Positions 15,902-25,496 are shown, counted from the stretch's first letter. The stretch is DNA of 64,000 nt from an uncultured Candidatus Saccharibacteria bacterium (GCA_964426735.1 CAYRRP010000002.1:70582-134581); one strand, 5' to 3'. The notes: a model not told the origin generated them from the sequence alone. Program-made: numbers and translations.

Positions 15902-18900
15902 TTTGATTTTCTCCGCCAACACACTCTCCTTATTATCTTTTTTTGAATAAGTCCCTTTGACCACAATACAGTTGTCAGTGGCGAGTACATCTTTGAATTC
16001 AGTGTATATTTTAGGAAATACTACAAGCTCGATCGTATCACTCAAGTCTGCAAGTCTCACAAAGAGCATTTTATCTCCCTTTTTTGTCATGATCTCTTTC
16101 ATCTCCTCGATAATACCTCCCACAATAACAGTATTTTTTTCTTTTGCAGTTTCTTTTAGTTTGATAATTGTCATATCACGTTTACCAAGACGATCTTTAA
16201 ACTGATCGAGAGGGTGTCCAGAAATATACAACCCAAGTAGTTCTTTTTCCCAAAGAAGTTGATCGTTGATGTTTGGATTCTCTTCAGGAGTCAATAGTAG
16301 TTGTGCATGTGCTGCACTGGTTGTACTACCAAACAGAGAGTCCTGAGCAATACTTGCTTCTTGGCGTGATTCTTTGTGATAAGTGAGAAGTACGTCAAGG
16401 TTTTTGAGAAGCGTGTGGCGAGAGTATGTTGCACCGATTAAAGAATCAAATGCTCCTACTTTTATGAGTGCTTCAAGAGATTTTTTATTAAGATTTTTAT
16501 CAGTAACTCGTGTTAAAAAATCTTCAAGGTTGAGGAAAGCTCCATGAGCTTTTCGCTCGGCAATGATTGATTGGGCTATACCTGCACCAAAGTTTTTGAT
16601 AGTAGTGAGTCCAAAACGAATTGAATCCGCTGAAAAATCTTTTGTGATGAGTTTTAGTTCTACCATCTCATCAAGTGTAGTCACGTTTTCGGCATATCCT
16701 TTTTCTTTAATAACTGTAAAACCTTCAAATGATTCGTTTACATCAGGTGGAAGTATGGTGATTCCAATACGTTTACATTCGGCGATTGATTCTGCCACCT
16801 TTTCTACCTCGCCTCCGTGGTGAGTCAGTACGGATGCCATATATTCCGCAGGATAGTTTGCTTTTAGATATGCAGTTTGGTATGCCACTTTTCCATAGGA
16901 CACTGAGTGCGCTTTGTTGAAACCATATGATGCAAAAGGTTCAATCCATGTCCAAAGTTCCCGAGCTTTTTTTTCTGGCCATCCAGAGTGGGTGATGCAT
17001 CCTTGAATAAAATTTTCTTTTTGCTTCTGCATTTCTTCAGGGATTTTTTTACCAACCGCTTTTCGGAATTTATCCACTTCACCCCATGTGTATCCTGCAA
17101 GTTTGTGAGCCATCATAAGAAGGTCGTCTTGATACACCAAAATACCGTATGTTTTAGCAAGGATTGATTCGAGTGCAGGGTCAAGGTATGTGATGAGTAC
17201 TTTACCGTGCTTTCGGTCGATATATTCAGGAATAAACTGAATCGGTCCTGGTCGGTAGAGTGCCACCATCGCATTAATATCGTGAATCGTTGATGGTTTG
17301 AGTTCGACTAGAAAACGAGTCATACCATCACCGTTGAGTTGGAACAAGTCGGTCGTTTCACCTTTTGCAAGCATGCGAAAAGTTTTCTTATCATTCATAG
17401 GTATATCGTCTTGTGTGAGGGTTACATCAACCGTTTTCTTTATGAGCGCAAGTGTATCAGCGATAATGGAGAGGTTTTTCAGACCAAGGAAGTCAAACTT
17501 AAGAAGACCTGCATCTTCGATAGAATACATGTCGTATTGAGTGATGATTTTTCCTTCACCTTTTGGATCGTACTGAAGAGCAGTATAGTCTGTGATTTCT
17601 GTCGGAGATATGACCACACCTGCTGCGTGAATACCCATATGTCGAGCACACCCTTCAATTTTTTTTGCCATATCCACAATCTGTTTGATGGTATCATCGC
17701 TTTCATACAAATCTTTCAATTCTTCTACCTCATCAAGTGCTCGATCGATAGTCATTGGGAAACCTTGGGCACCCATAGGGATGAGTTTTGCAATCATGTC
17801 TCCAGTCGAGTACGGGAAACCAAGTGCACGAGTTACATCACGTATTGATCCACGAGCAGCCATGGTTCCAAAAGTACCGATTTGGGCTACTTTGTCATTT
17901 CCGTATTTTCGTCGAGCGTATTCTACCATTTCGTCTCGACGGTTATCGGCATAGTCCATGTCGATGTCCGGTGCCGAAGGTCGGTCTGGGTTAAGGAAAC
18001 GTTCGAAAGGAATTTCAAATTCAATCGGGTCGATGTTTGTAATACCAGCGAGGTACGTCACCATTGATCCGGATACCGATCCTCGAATGTTTGAAAGAAT
18101 ACCGTTTTCACGAGCAAAGCGGAGGAGGTCTCCCACTACAAGAAAGTATGGAGAGTATCCTTTGTCTTTAATCACTTTGAGTTCATAGTCGACACGAGTA
18201 CGAAGTTCGGGGGTGTCGACCACTTTTCTTCGAGCGATACCTTCATAGGTGATACGGCGAAGCTCATCGTCGTATGAGAGTCCACTTTCTACAATATAGT
18301 TTGGGAACACCCATTTGCCGAGCTCAATTTCCAAGTTGCACTTATCTGCAATTTTAATTGTGTTTTCAAGTGCTTCAGGTAAATGCTTAAAATATTTTTC
18401 TGCTTTTTCCTGTGAAATAAAAGAAAAATCTTCTTCTGTGTTTCGTTCCACAAAATCTCCACCGTTTTGAATTGAGAGGAGTGTTTCGCGTGCTTTCTTG
18501 TCTTCTGGGTCAAGGTAGTAGACATCATGTGCAGCGACGAGTTGCAGAGAGTTTTCTTTTGCATACGCAACGAGCTTTTCCATTGATTCCTCATGTCCTT
18601 TTATTTCTGGGTGATGGGTGACTTCGATATAAAAATCATCGCCAAAAAGCTTTTTATAAAACTCTGTTTTTTCGTTGGCGAGTGGAAAGTTTGCGAGGCG
18701 TACTGCTTGCACTATGTCTCCAGAAAAAGAAGGAGAGATACATACAAGTCCTTCATGGTGTTGCTCGAGAAGTTCTTTGTCGATACGAGGTTTGTAGTAG
18801 AAGCCTTCGAGGTGGGCCTTGCTTACAAGCTGAATGAGGTTTTTGTAACCTACGTCATTTTTTGCAAGAAGTACGAGGCGAGTTCGAGATTTGTCGATAC

Positions 18901-19141
18901 CTGCTTCTTTGTCATGTCGGGTGCGAGGTGCAAGATATGCATCGATACCGATAATCGGTTTGATTTCTTTTTTCTTGCATTCAGAAAAAAATTCAATTGC
19001 TCCGTACAGATTGCAGTTGTCGGTCAGTGCAAGTGCAGGCATCTCATATTTTTTTGCTTGTTTTACAAGTGCATCAATTTTCGGCAGTGCGGTAAGGAGG
19101 GAATAGTGGGAATGAGTGTGGAGGTGGATGAAGCGAGACAT
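15890..19141 (-). CDS. dnaE: DNA polymerase III alpha subunit
   Basis: N-terminal PHP domain (HLHTHSHYSLL). Polymerase core motifs. C-terminal OB fold. 1083 aa. Confidence 0.92.
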   Translation of the reverse strand: MSRFIHLHTHSHYSLLTALPKIDALVKQAKKYEMPALALTDNCNLYGAIEFFSECKKKEIKPIIGIDAYLAPRTRHDKEAGIDKSRTRLVLLAKNDVGYKNLIQLVSKAHLEGFYYKPRIDKELLEQHHEGLVCISPSFSGDIVQAVRLANFPLANEKTEFYKKLFGDDFYIEVTHHPEIKGHEESMEKLVAYAKENSLQLVAAHDVYYLDPEDKKARETLLSIQNGGDFVERNTEEDFSFISQEKAEKYFKHLPEALENTIKIADKCNLEIELGKWVFPNYIVESGLSYDDELRRITYEGIARRKVVDTPELRTRVDYELKVIKDKGYSPYFLVVGDLLRFARENGILSNIRGSVSGSMVTYLAGITNIDPIEFEIPFERFLNPDRPSAPDIDMDYADNRRDEMVEYARRKYGNDKVAQIGTFGTMAARGSIRDVTRALGFPYSTGDMIAKLIPMGAQGFPMTIDRALDEVEELKDLYESDDTIKQIVDMAKKIEGCARHMGIHAAGVVISPTEITDYTALQYDPKGEGKIITQYDMYSIEDAGLLKFDFLGLKNLSIIADTLALIKKTVDVTLTQDDIPMNDKKTFRMLAKGETTDLFQLNGDGMTRFLVELKPSTIHDINAMVALYRPGPIQFIPEYIDRKHGKVLITYLDPALESILAKTYGILVYQDDLLMMAHKLAGYTWGEVDKFRKAVGKKIPEEMQKQKENFIQGCITHSGWPEKKARELWTWIEPFASYGFNKAHSVSYGKVAYQTAYLKANYPAEYMASVLTHHGGEVEKVAESIAECKRIGITILPPDVNESFEGFTVIKEKGYAENVTTLDEMVELKLITKDFSADSIRFGLTTIKNFGAGIAQSIIAERKAHGAFLNLEDFLTRVTDKNLNKKSLEALIKVGAFDSLIGATYSRHTLLKNLDVLLTYHKESRQEASIAQDSLFGSTTSAAHAQLLLTPEENPNINDQLLWEKELLGLYISGHPLDQFKDRLGKRDMTIIKLKETAKEKNTVIVGGIIEEMKEIMTKKGDKMLFVRLADLSDTIELVVFPKIYTEFKDVLATDNCIVVKGTYSKKDNKESVLAEKIKLLE

Positions 19142-19201
19142 GTGTACATTATATCAAATGTAGAATGTTTTTTAGAGTTGACGCGTGCTAGAATCTTTGT
19201 G

Positions 19202-19810
19202 ATGAAATACCCAATGAAATACATTATCGGTATTGATGAGGTAGGTAGAGGTCCTTTGGCGGGGCCGGTCTGTTTGTGTGCGGTGAGGGTGGAAGCGGGA
19301 ATGTATAAAAAAATGCAGAAAAACAAAATCTTACCTGCGCTTGGGAGAGACTCAAAAAAGCTTTCAAAAAAAGACAGAGAAAAGTATTCACAAGTACTTT
19401 GTGATTTGGCGCAGGAAGGAAAGTTACATTTTACAATCGTAATGCAGAGTAATGTGGTAATCGATACAAAAGGAATTTCTTTTGCAATCAAAAAAGCATT
19501 GAGTGGATGCTTACAAAATGCGGGAGCGACAGAAAAAGATGCAGTACTTCTCGATGGAGGGCTTAAAGCTCCAGTCGAATTTCCAAATCAAAAGACGATT
19601 ATAAAAGGGGATGAAAAGCATCCGGTCATTGCATGGGCGTCAATTTTGGCAAAAGTCCACCGTGACAACTATATGAAAAAAATGGGAAAAAAATATCCGG
19701 AATATGGGTTTGAAAAGCATATGGGGTATGGAACAAAACTTCACAGAGAAGCAATCAAAAAATACGGTCAGAGCATAATTCACCGAAAGTCTTTTTTACA
19801 TGACTTTTGA
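19202..19810 (+). CDS. rnhB: Ribonuclease HII
   Basis: Motif IIGIDEVGRGPLAGPVCLCAV. The listed 405-aa ORF is an artefact of an open antisense frame over dnaE. The true start is at MKYPMKY immediately after the divergent dnaE start. Confidence 0.85.
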   Translation: MKYPMKYIIGIDEVGRGPLAGPVCLCAVRVEAGMYKKMQKNKILPALGRDSKKLSKKDREKYSQVLCDLAQEGKLHFTIVMQSNVVIDTKGISFAIKKALSGCLQNAGATEKDAVLLDGGLKAPVEFPNQKTIIKGDEKHPVIAWASILAKVHRDNYMKKMGKKYPEYGFEKHMGYGTKLHREAIKKYGQSIIHRKSFLHDF

Positions 19811-19872
19811 CTTATGCCACTTTTCCCCAGTCTATTGATTAAAATAAAAAATTACGCTATAGTGTCTCTATT

Positions 19873-20091
19873 ATGGTAGTACGAATGAGACACACCCGCG
19901 GGCAGACAGGAAGTCGACGATCGCATCATGCGCTCAAGAATCCTGGTGTTACTGTGGATTCAAAAACAGGCGTAGCCCACATGCGACACCGAGCATCTTT
20001 GGTCACCGGTACATACCGAGGACGACAGGTTATCGATGTTCAGGCGAAACTTGCTAAAAAAACTAAAAAAATACAGGCTCGCAGTAAGTAG
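19873..20091 (+). CDS. rpmF: 50S ribosomal protein L32
   Basis: Motif HTRGQTGSRRSHHAL matches the bL32 signature. Small basic protein. Confidence 0.7.
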   Translation: MVVRMRHTRGQTGSRRSHHALKNPGVTVDSKTGVAHMRHRASLVTGTYRGRQVIDVQAKLAKKTKKIQARSK

Positions 20092-20131
20092 GCGAAGTGG
20101 TAGGTTTTTAAGAAATTGAGTACGTTTTAAT

Positions 20132-21019
20132 ATGGCAAACAGGCACCTTTCCAGATCAATAGTTCTTCAGTCACTCTTTGAGTGGGATTTTAGAAACGAA
20201 AATTTCGAAGAAGCTTTGGAAGTGTTTAAACGTAACGTCGATGAATTTGCTCCCGGTCAGGGAGATTTGGCGTTTATGGAAGGGCTCATGCGAGGTGTTC
20301 TTGAAAAACAAAAAGATCTCGACCTCATTATCGAAAAAGCTGCTCCGGACTGGCCGATCGACAAAATCTCTATTATGGATAGAAATATCCTTCGTCAAGG
20401 TCTCTATGAGCTCCTCTTTGCTGACCGCTCACAGGTACCTCCAAAGGTTGCGATCAATGAAGCAATCGAGCTTGCTAAATCTTTCGGCTCTGATACTTCA
20501 AGCAAGTTTGTAAACGGTGTGCTTGGTGCGGTTTATAAAGAGATCGGAGAACCAGGAAAAGAAGAAACCACAAAAGATAAAAAGAAAATTGGTGGACCGA
20601 TCCCAACAGAATACCTTGGAGGTGCGGTAGTGTATGCAAAAGTCGGTGAAGATATTTATGTAGCACTCGTGCATGATGTATTCGGTCGCTGGACTCTTTC
20701 AAAGGGGCATATTGCGGGGGGCGATGACCAGCCTGCAGAAGTGGCTCAGGCTATCCAAGAAGAGCTCTCTCTACCTGTCACAATCAAAGACAAACTTGGA
20801 ACAAATGAGTATGCAACCTATCATCCAGAGAAAGGAAAGATAAAGAAAAATGTAACCTACTACCTCGCCGAAGCTCCATTTGAAGATATAAAACTCGTAA
20901 ACTCAGGAGGACTCGATGATGCTCGATGGTTTAAATTGGGGGATATATTGGATTTGAATTTTTATAATGATATTCTTCCTCTTATCACAAAAGCAGTAAA
21001 TCTGTTAGTAGCTAAGTAG
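20132..21019 (+). CDS. nusB: Transcription antitermination factor NusB fused to a C-terminal Nudix-fold domain (degenerate Nudix box)
   Basis: The N-terminal 140 aa match NusB (RNILRQGLYELLF...KVAINEAIELAKSFGSDTSSKFVNGVLGAV). The C-terminal 150 aa show a Nudix-fold pattern (VVYAKVGEDIYVALVHDVFGRWTLSKGHIAGGDDQPAEVAQAIQEELSLPV). The RE of the REx2EE box is not conserved. Confidence 0.75.
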   Translation: MANRHLSRSIVLQSLFEWDFRNENFEEALEVFKRNVDEFAPGQGDLAFMEGLMRGVLEKQKDLDLIIEKAAPDWPIDKISIMDRNILRQGLYELLFADRSQVPPKVAINEAIELAKSFGSDTSSKFVNGVLGAVYKEIGEPGKEETTKDKKKIGGPIPTEYLGGAVVYAKVGEDIYVALVHDVFGRWTLSKGHIAGGDDQPAEVAQAIQEELSLPVTIKDKLGTNEYATYHPEKGKIKKNVTYYLAEAPFEDIKLVNSGGLDDARWFKLGDILDLNFYNDILPLITKAVNLLVAK

Positions 21020-21038
21020 ACGGCTCTGGTCTTTTTCA

Positions 21039-21138
21039 CCAATTTCATCGACTAAAATTATAAAAAGGTACTCACCGTACCATTAAGTACGTCTGCGATC
21101 CTTTTTAAATTTTATTCGCGACCTTGGCGAAAAATCCT
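21039..21138. repeat. Palindromic intergenic element, copy A (family of three)
   Basis: Shares the frame CCAATTTCATCGACTAAAATT-AAAAA..apical hairpin..TTTTTAAATTTTATTCGCGACCTTGGC-AAAAATCC with copies at 22344-22441 and 62491-62589. The AT-rich arms are mutually complementary. The apical stem is GGTAC/GTACC. Confidence 0.7.
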
Positions 21139-21181
21139 CAGAGATTCTTTGTATAGTTCTGTGTTTTCAAAAAAATAAAAC

Positions 21182-21227
21182 AAAACTACCTGCGGTTCCT
21201 TTCGAGCAAGGATCCGCAGGTAGTTTA
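21182..21227. terminator. Strong hairpin AAACTACCTGCGG..(nested hairpin)..CCGCAGGTAGTTT
   Basis: 13-bp perfect stem with a nested 5-bp hairpin in the loop. Bidirectional terminator candidate. Confidence 0.6.
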
Positions 21228-21634
21228 TTGGTCTTTTAACTCAAGATCTTTTTGCCTATGACGAAAATCATACCAAAGAGGCTAAAGTATTGAAGCTGTC
21301 TGAATGACTCCACAGCCTCTTGCTTTTTTAGTATATTGAAGGCAAGGGTTACAGTACTTATTAACCCAACTCCAGTAAACATAACGAACAATTGCCATTC
21401 CATTCTTGAATTCTCCTTCGGACACCTTAAGTCTTTTGTCATTCTAAATCAAGTTCGACAAAATAGGTCAAAAGTGGTATTATAGGCCCAAGCTCTTTTG
21501 AGAGACGGATACGAATCTAGAAGTCAGGGTGGGACAAGGTGTCCTTTTCTTACTTTTGGTTTTCTCTCTTGATATGAGTGTACCCGGAGTCTACTTGATG
21601 GACTTGACGGACTTTATAAACTTTTGACTCACAT

Positions 21635-22324
21635 ATGGATTTCACTACATTTGAAAAAAAGGCAGGAATTGATTTTAAAGATAAGGCGCTTTTGAAACAA
21701 GCGTTTGTTCATCGTTCATATATCAACGAAAACAAGTCGTCAGGACTTTCTCATAACGAACGTCTCGAGTTTTTGGGAGATGCAGTGCTTGAGCTCGTGA
21801 TCACAGACTTTCTCTTTCGAGAATACAAAGACCGTGATGAAGGTGAGCTTACTTCATACCGCTCTGCGCTCGTAAATGCGACAACGTGTTCTGATATTGC
21901 TACATCACTCGGGGTCAACGACTACCTTCTTCTGTCAAAAGGAGAGAGTAAAGATATGGGTCGGGCACGACAGTATATCTTGGCAAACACACTTGAGGCT
22001 CTCATCGGTGCAATCTACCTCGACTCTGGATATGATGAAGCAAAGAAGTTTATTGAAACATACTTCACTCCACTCATTGAAAATATAATGAAAGAAGGTT
22101 CTCATATCGATGCAAAGAGTTTGTTCCAAGAAAAAGCACAAGAGTTCGACAGTATCACTCCTGCATACAAAACAATCAAAGAAACAGGACCTGATCATGA
22201 CAAAAAGTTTACGGTAGGAGTATTCCTTGGAAAAGATCTTGTGGCGGAAGGTGAAGGGAAGTCGAAGCAGGATGCGGAGCAGGTCGCGGCACGTGCAGCT
22301 CTTGAAGTCCGTGGCTGGAAATAA
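21635..22324 (+). CDS. rnc: Ribonuclease III
   Basis: RNase III signature ERLEFLGDAVLEL. C-terminal dsRBD. Confidence 0.9.
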   Translation: MDFTTFEKKAGIDFKDKALLKQAFVHRSYINENKSSGLSHNERLEFLGDAVLELVITDFLFREYKDRDEGELTSYRSALVNATTCSDIATSLGVNDYLLLSKGESKDMGRARQYILANTLEALIGAIYLDSGYDEAKKFIETYFTPLIENIMKEGSHIDAKSLFQEKAQEFDSITPAYKTIKETGPDHDKKFTVGVFLGKDLVAEGEGKSKQDAEQVAARAALEVRGWK

Positions 22325-22343
22325 GTTATAAGTTCCACATTTG

Positions 22344-22441
22344 GCCAATCTCATCGACTAAAATTTAAAAATAATTCTCACCTGCGCACTCAGGCAGGCT
22401 TAAATTATTTTTAAATTTTATTCGCGACCTTGCCTCAAATC
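22344..22441. repeat. Palindromic intergenic element, copy B
   Basis: Same conserved arms as copy A. The apical stem is CCTGC/GCAGG (compensatory change). Followed by ACTTCTAGAATAA. Confidence 0.7.
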
Positions 22442-22521
22442 TGAAACTTCTAGAATAAAAGGTAAAAAGTTGATATAAAGGAAAAAGTTCGATAGTGTTT
22501 AGGTAGAGAAAGGAGTTTCCG

Positions 22522-22782
22522 ATGGAATGTTGTGGAGTTATAGTTTCTCGGCAGGAGGACATTGTTGGTCATAGAGACGACGGGTACCTGGCTGAATGTA
22601 TTTTGCCGTATAACCACGAAGGTTCTCATGTGGTTCAAACCCCTGAGGGTGAGTGCTTTTCTTGGAAGGATGACTGGGAATGTGATTGTTGTGATGCAGA
22701 CGAAGATGAACGGTGTTATGTGTATGGTCCGATCGAAGAATCGGAAGTGCGTAAGTTGTTAAAAAAGGGAAGTTCATTGTGA
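22522..22782 (+). CDS. Small acidic cysteine-rich protein (86 aa, 8 Cys)
   Basis: Strong RBS AAAGGAG 7 nt upstream of the ATG. Own terminator at 22782-22812. Motifs CC, CDCC and ERC. Confidence 0.55.
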   Translation: MECCGVIVSRQEDIVGHRDDGYLAECILPYNHEGSHVVQTPEGECFSWKDDWECDCCDADEDERCYVYGPIEESEVRKLLKKGSSL

Positions 22783-22812
22783 GCCCGCCGCTTCCCGGCG
22801 GGCTTTTCATTT
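22782..22812 (+). terminator. Intrinsic terminator AGCCCGCCG-CTTCC-CGGCGGGCT + T-rich tail
   Basis: 9-bp GC stem directly after the stop codon. Confidence 0.7.
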
Positions 22813-22852
22813 GCTTTGGTTGTGATAATCTTTCGTAAGAAAGAGGTGTGCT

Positions 22853-23047
22853 GTGAGTAATCAAGTTAGTAGAAGAATTGTTATATCCATTGAGAAAGAT
22901 CCTGTGACAGGGGAGGTCCTAGGTCCCCGTGTACGCGGTGTACCCGATGATCAAATTGATCAAATGGAAAGTATTGCACCTAGTGACGAAGAGCGAGACT
23001 TGGCAGATATGGCAGAAAAATTGGAACTGTATGTGGAGGGGGCGTAA
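22853..23047 (+). CDS. Small acidic protein (64 aa)
   Basis: GTG start with an AGAAAGAGGTG RBS. Own terminator at 23038-23066. Confidence 0.5.
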   Translation: MSNQVSRRIVISIEKDPVTGEVLGPRVRGVPDDQIDQMESIAPSDEERDLADMAEKLELYVEGA

Positions 23048-23066
23048 GCCCCTTCCTTTTGTTTTT
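23038..23066 (+). terminator. Intrinsic terminator GGGGC-GTAA-GCCCC + TTCCTTTTGTTTTT
   Basis: The hairpin overlaps the stop codon and is followed by a T-rich run. Confidence 0.65.
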
Positions 23067-23230
23067 ATCTACAACAATATTTTAAATCTCGTGCTAAAAT
23101 AATGTAACATTTAAATTTGAATGCAGTTCGAGGCGTGAAGTTTTGTTTGAGACCAAGCTGTACAAGTTGTACTGCGCGGGAACAAACAAAACGAGCAACA
23201 AAGAAATGCGTCAAATTTAGAGGTTACACT

Positions 23231-25486
23231 ATGTACTTAAAATCGATTGAGATTGTTGGTTTCAAATCTTTCGCTAAAAAGAGCGATCTTACTTTTGCAT
23301 CAAAAGTTTCTTCGATTGTTGGTCCGAATGGTTCAGGAAAATCAAATATCGCTGAAGCATTTCGTTTTGTGCTCGGAGAACAATCGATGAAGTCGATGCG
23401 AGGAAAGAAAGGTGAAGATATGATCTGGAATGGTTCTTCGGAAATGCCGAAAGCGGGGAAAGCATCAGTGAAAGTGGTTTTTGATAACTCATCTCGTTTT
23501 CTTCCACTCGATTTTTCAGAGGTGTCACTAGAGCGTGTGGTACACCGAGACTCAGTCAATGAATATTTTATCAATGGCTCTCAGGTGCGTCTCAAAGATG
23601 TGATCGAGCTTCTCGCGGGTGCTCATATTGGTGCATCAGGACATCACATCATTTCTCAAGGTGAAGCAGATCGTATATTGAATGCTTCGGTACGTGAACG
23701 AAAAGGAATGATCGAGGAGGCACTTGGTCTTAAAATCTATCAATACAAAAAAGTAGAGAGTATTAAAAAACTCGATAAGACTCGAGAAAATATTGCACAA
23801 GTGGAATCTTTAAGGCGAGAAATCGCTCCGCATATTCGTTATCTTAAAAAACAGGTTGAAAAAGTAGAAAAAGCAATTGAATTTAAACATGAACTCCTCG
23901 GACTTTCTTTAGAGTATCTTAAGCGTGAAGATGACTATATCAAACGCATTCATGCAGAGATTGCTTCACAAAAAAATCCTCTCGAAGCTGAATATCGTCA
24001 TGTACAAGATCAGTTGTATAAGATAAAAGAGCAGTTAAAAAATGCAGAGCATAAAGATGCAAAAAGTGCTGAGCTTGTTGTGCTTGAGGAACAGATACAG
24101 TCTGTGAGACAGAAAAAAGATGCACTGGTACGAGATATGGGACGTATCGAAGGAGAGATTTCATCTCAAATGCGCCTCATTAAAAAACAAGAAGAGCTTG
24201 CACGGAGTAATGAATGGAAGACAGTGCAGCTCCGAGCGGTAGAAGACCTCCACTCACAAGTCTTTGAACTTATGGGTCATGTAGAGCATGCCGTAGACCC
24301 ACAGACAGTAAAATCTTCAATACAGGCAATTCGTGATCTTCTTAAAGCGTTTGTGGAAATGCATCGAGATACAGTAGATACTACTCTCATCAAAGAAGCA
24401 GAATTTGAAATACAAAAATTAAGTGAAGAGCGTACTCATATAGAGCTACGAATCGCTGAGGTCACTCAGGAAGAGAAAGTTGCGCATACCGCGTATGAAT
24501 CTCTCAAACGTTCAATTGAAAGAGAAAAAGATACAAATCGAGATGCGGAGAAGGAACTTTTCATTCTCATGTCTAAAGAGCAGAATGTGTTGGGTGAACT
24601 TCGCACACTTGAATCAAAAGAAGCTCAAGCACGAGTACTTGAAGAAGATTTTAAGCGAGAAGTAACAGAACTCTCAATGTTTTTAGGGAGGGATGTTCTT
24701 GCGTTTGGAGAAAAAGAGTATTCTCTGATAGAAGGTAGAGAGGTGCAAGAAGAGCGAAGACGAAAAATAGAAAAAATAAAAATTAGACTCGAGGATTCAG
24801 GTGGAATCGGAGGAGGTGAGACAGTGAAAGAATATGAAGAAGCGCTCGAACGAGATCAGTTTCTCGAACGAGAACTCGCTGACCTTTCACATACTGCAGA
24901 ATCCCTCGCAAGTCTTATTGGCGAGCTGGATGCAAAAATCGCATCTGAATTTACGGTAGGTGTGGAGAAAATCAACCGACAGTTTAGTGAATACTTTGCG
25001 ATGATGTTTGGAGGAGGAGAAGCAAAGCTCTCTGTTATCAGAGAACAAAGGGTGAAAAAGAAATCAGACCTCGACAACCTTTCTCCTGAGCCGGGCTCGA
25101 GGGAAGAAGAGGTGGATGAAGAAGAGGGTGAAGCGGGAATTGATATTGAGGTGTCGCTCCCACGTAAGAAAGTGAAAGGACTCATTATGCTCTCAGGAGG
25201 TGAGCGAGCGCTTACGTCTATTGCACTTCTTTTTGCTATCTCTCAAGTAAATCCTCCACCATTTATTATTCTCGATGAAACAGATGCAGCACTTGATGAA
25301 GCAAATTCTCGCAAGTATGGAGATATGATTGAAACGCTTTCAAAGTTCTCTCAACTTATTGTGATTACTCACAACCGAGAAACTATGTCTCGTGCCGGAG
25401 CGCTTTACGGAGTGACGATGGGGCAGGGTGGGGTTTCAAAATTACTTACTGTCTCCTTTGAAGACGCTGTGGCAGTGGCTAAGTAA
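23231..25486 (+). CDS. smc: SMC-family chromosome partition ATPase, short hinge-less form (751 aa)
   Basis: N-terminus MYLKSIEIVGFKSFA...GPNGSGKSN (Walker A). C-terminus LSGGERALTSIALLFAI...ILDETDAALD (signature plus Walker B) and the QGGVSKL terminal motif. Long coiled-coil middle with no Gly-rich hinge and no CxxC hook. Start set at the SMC-like Met, not the upstream in-frame extension. Confidence 0.8.
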   Translation: MYLKSIEIVGFKSFAKKSDLTFASKVSSIVGPNGSGKSNIAEAFRFVLGEQSMKSMRGKKGEDMIWNGSSEMPKAGKASVKVVFDNSSRFLPLDFSEVSLERVVHRDSVNEYFINGSQVRLKDVIELLAGAHIGASGHHIISQGEADRILNASVRERKGMIEEALGLKIYQYKKVESIKKLDKTRENIAQVESLRREIAPHIRYLKKQVEKVEKAIEFKHELLGLSLEYLKREDDYIKRIHAEIASQKNPLEAEYRHVQDQLYKIKEQLKNAEHKDAKSAELVVLEEQIQSVRQKKDALVRDMGRIEGEISSQMRLIKKQEELARSNEWKTVQLRAVEDLHSQVFELMGHVEHAVDPQTVKSSIQAIRDLLKAFVEMHRDTVDTTLIKEAEFEIQKLSEERTHIELRIAEVTQEEKVAHTAYESLKRSIEREKDTNRDAEKELFILMSKEQNVLGELRTLESKEAQARVLEEDFKREVTELSMFLGRDVLAFGEKEYSLIEGREVQEERRRKIEKIKIRLEDSGGIGGGETVKEYEEALERDQFLERELADLSHTAESLASLIGELDAKIASEFTVGVEKINRQFSEYFAMMFGGGEAKLSVIREQRVKKKSDLDNLSPEPGSREEEVDEEEGEAGIDIEVSLPRKKVKGLIMLSGGERALTSIALLFAISQVNPPPFIILDETDAALDEANSRKYGDMIETLSKFSQLIVITHNRETMSRAGALYGVTMGQGGVSKLLTVSFEDAVAVAK

Positions 25487-25496
25487 ATATAAAACT

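Noticed and set aside
18593-19810. 405-aa ORF in the track spanning the dnaE start region and rnhB
   Set aside because: The first roughly 200 codons are an open antisense frame over dnaE. RNase HII homology begins only at MKYPMKYIIGIDEVGRG (19202), directly after the divergent dnaE start. Only 19202-19810 is annotated.
23117-23230. Upstream in-frame extension of smc (start at 23117)
   Set aside because: The extension (MNAVRGVKFCLRPSCTSCTAREQ...) is non-SMC-like and lacks an RBS. The SMC N-terminal consensus begins at MYLKSIEIVGFKSF (23231).
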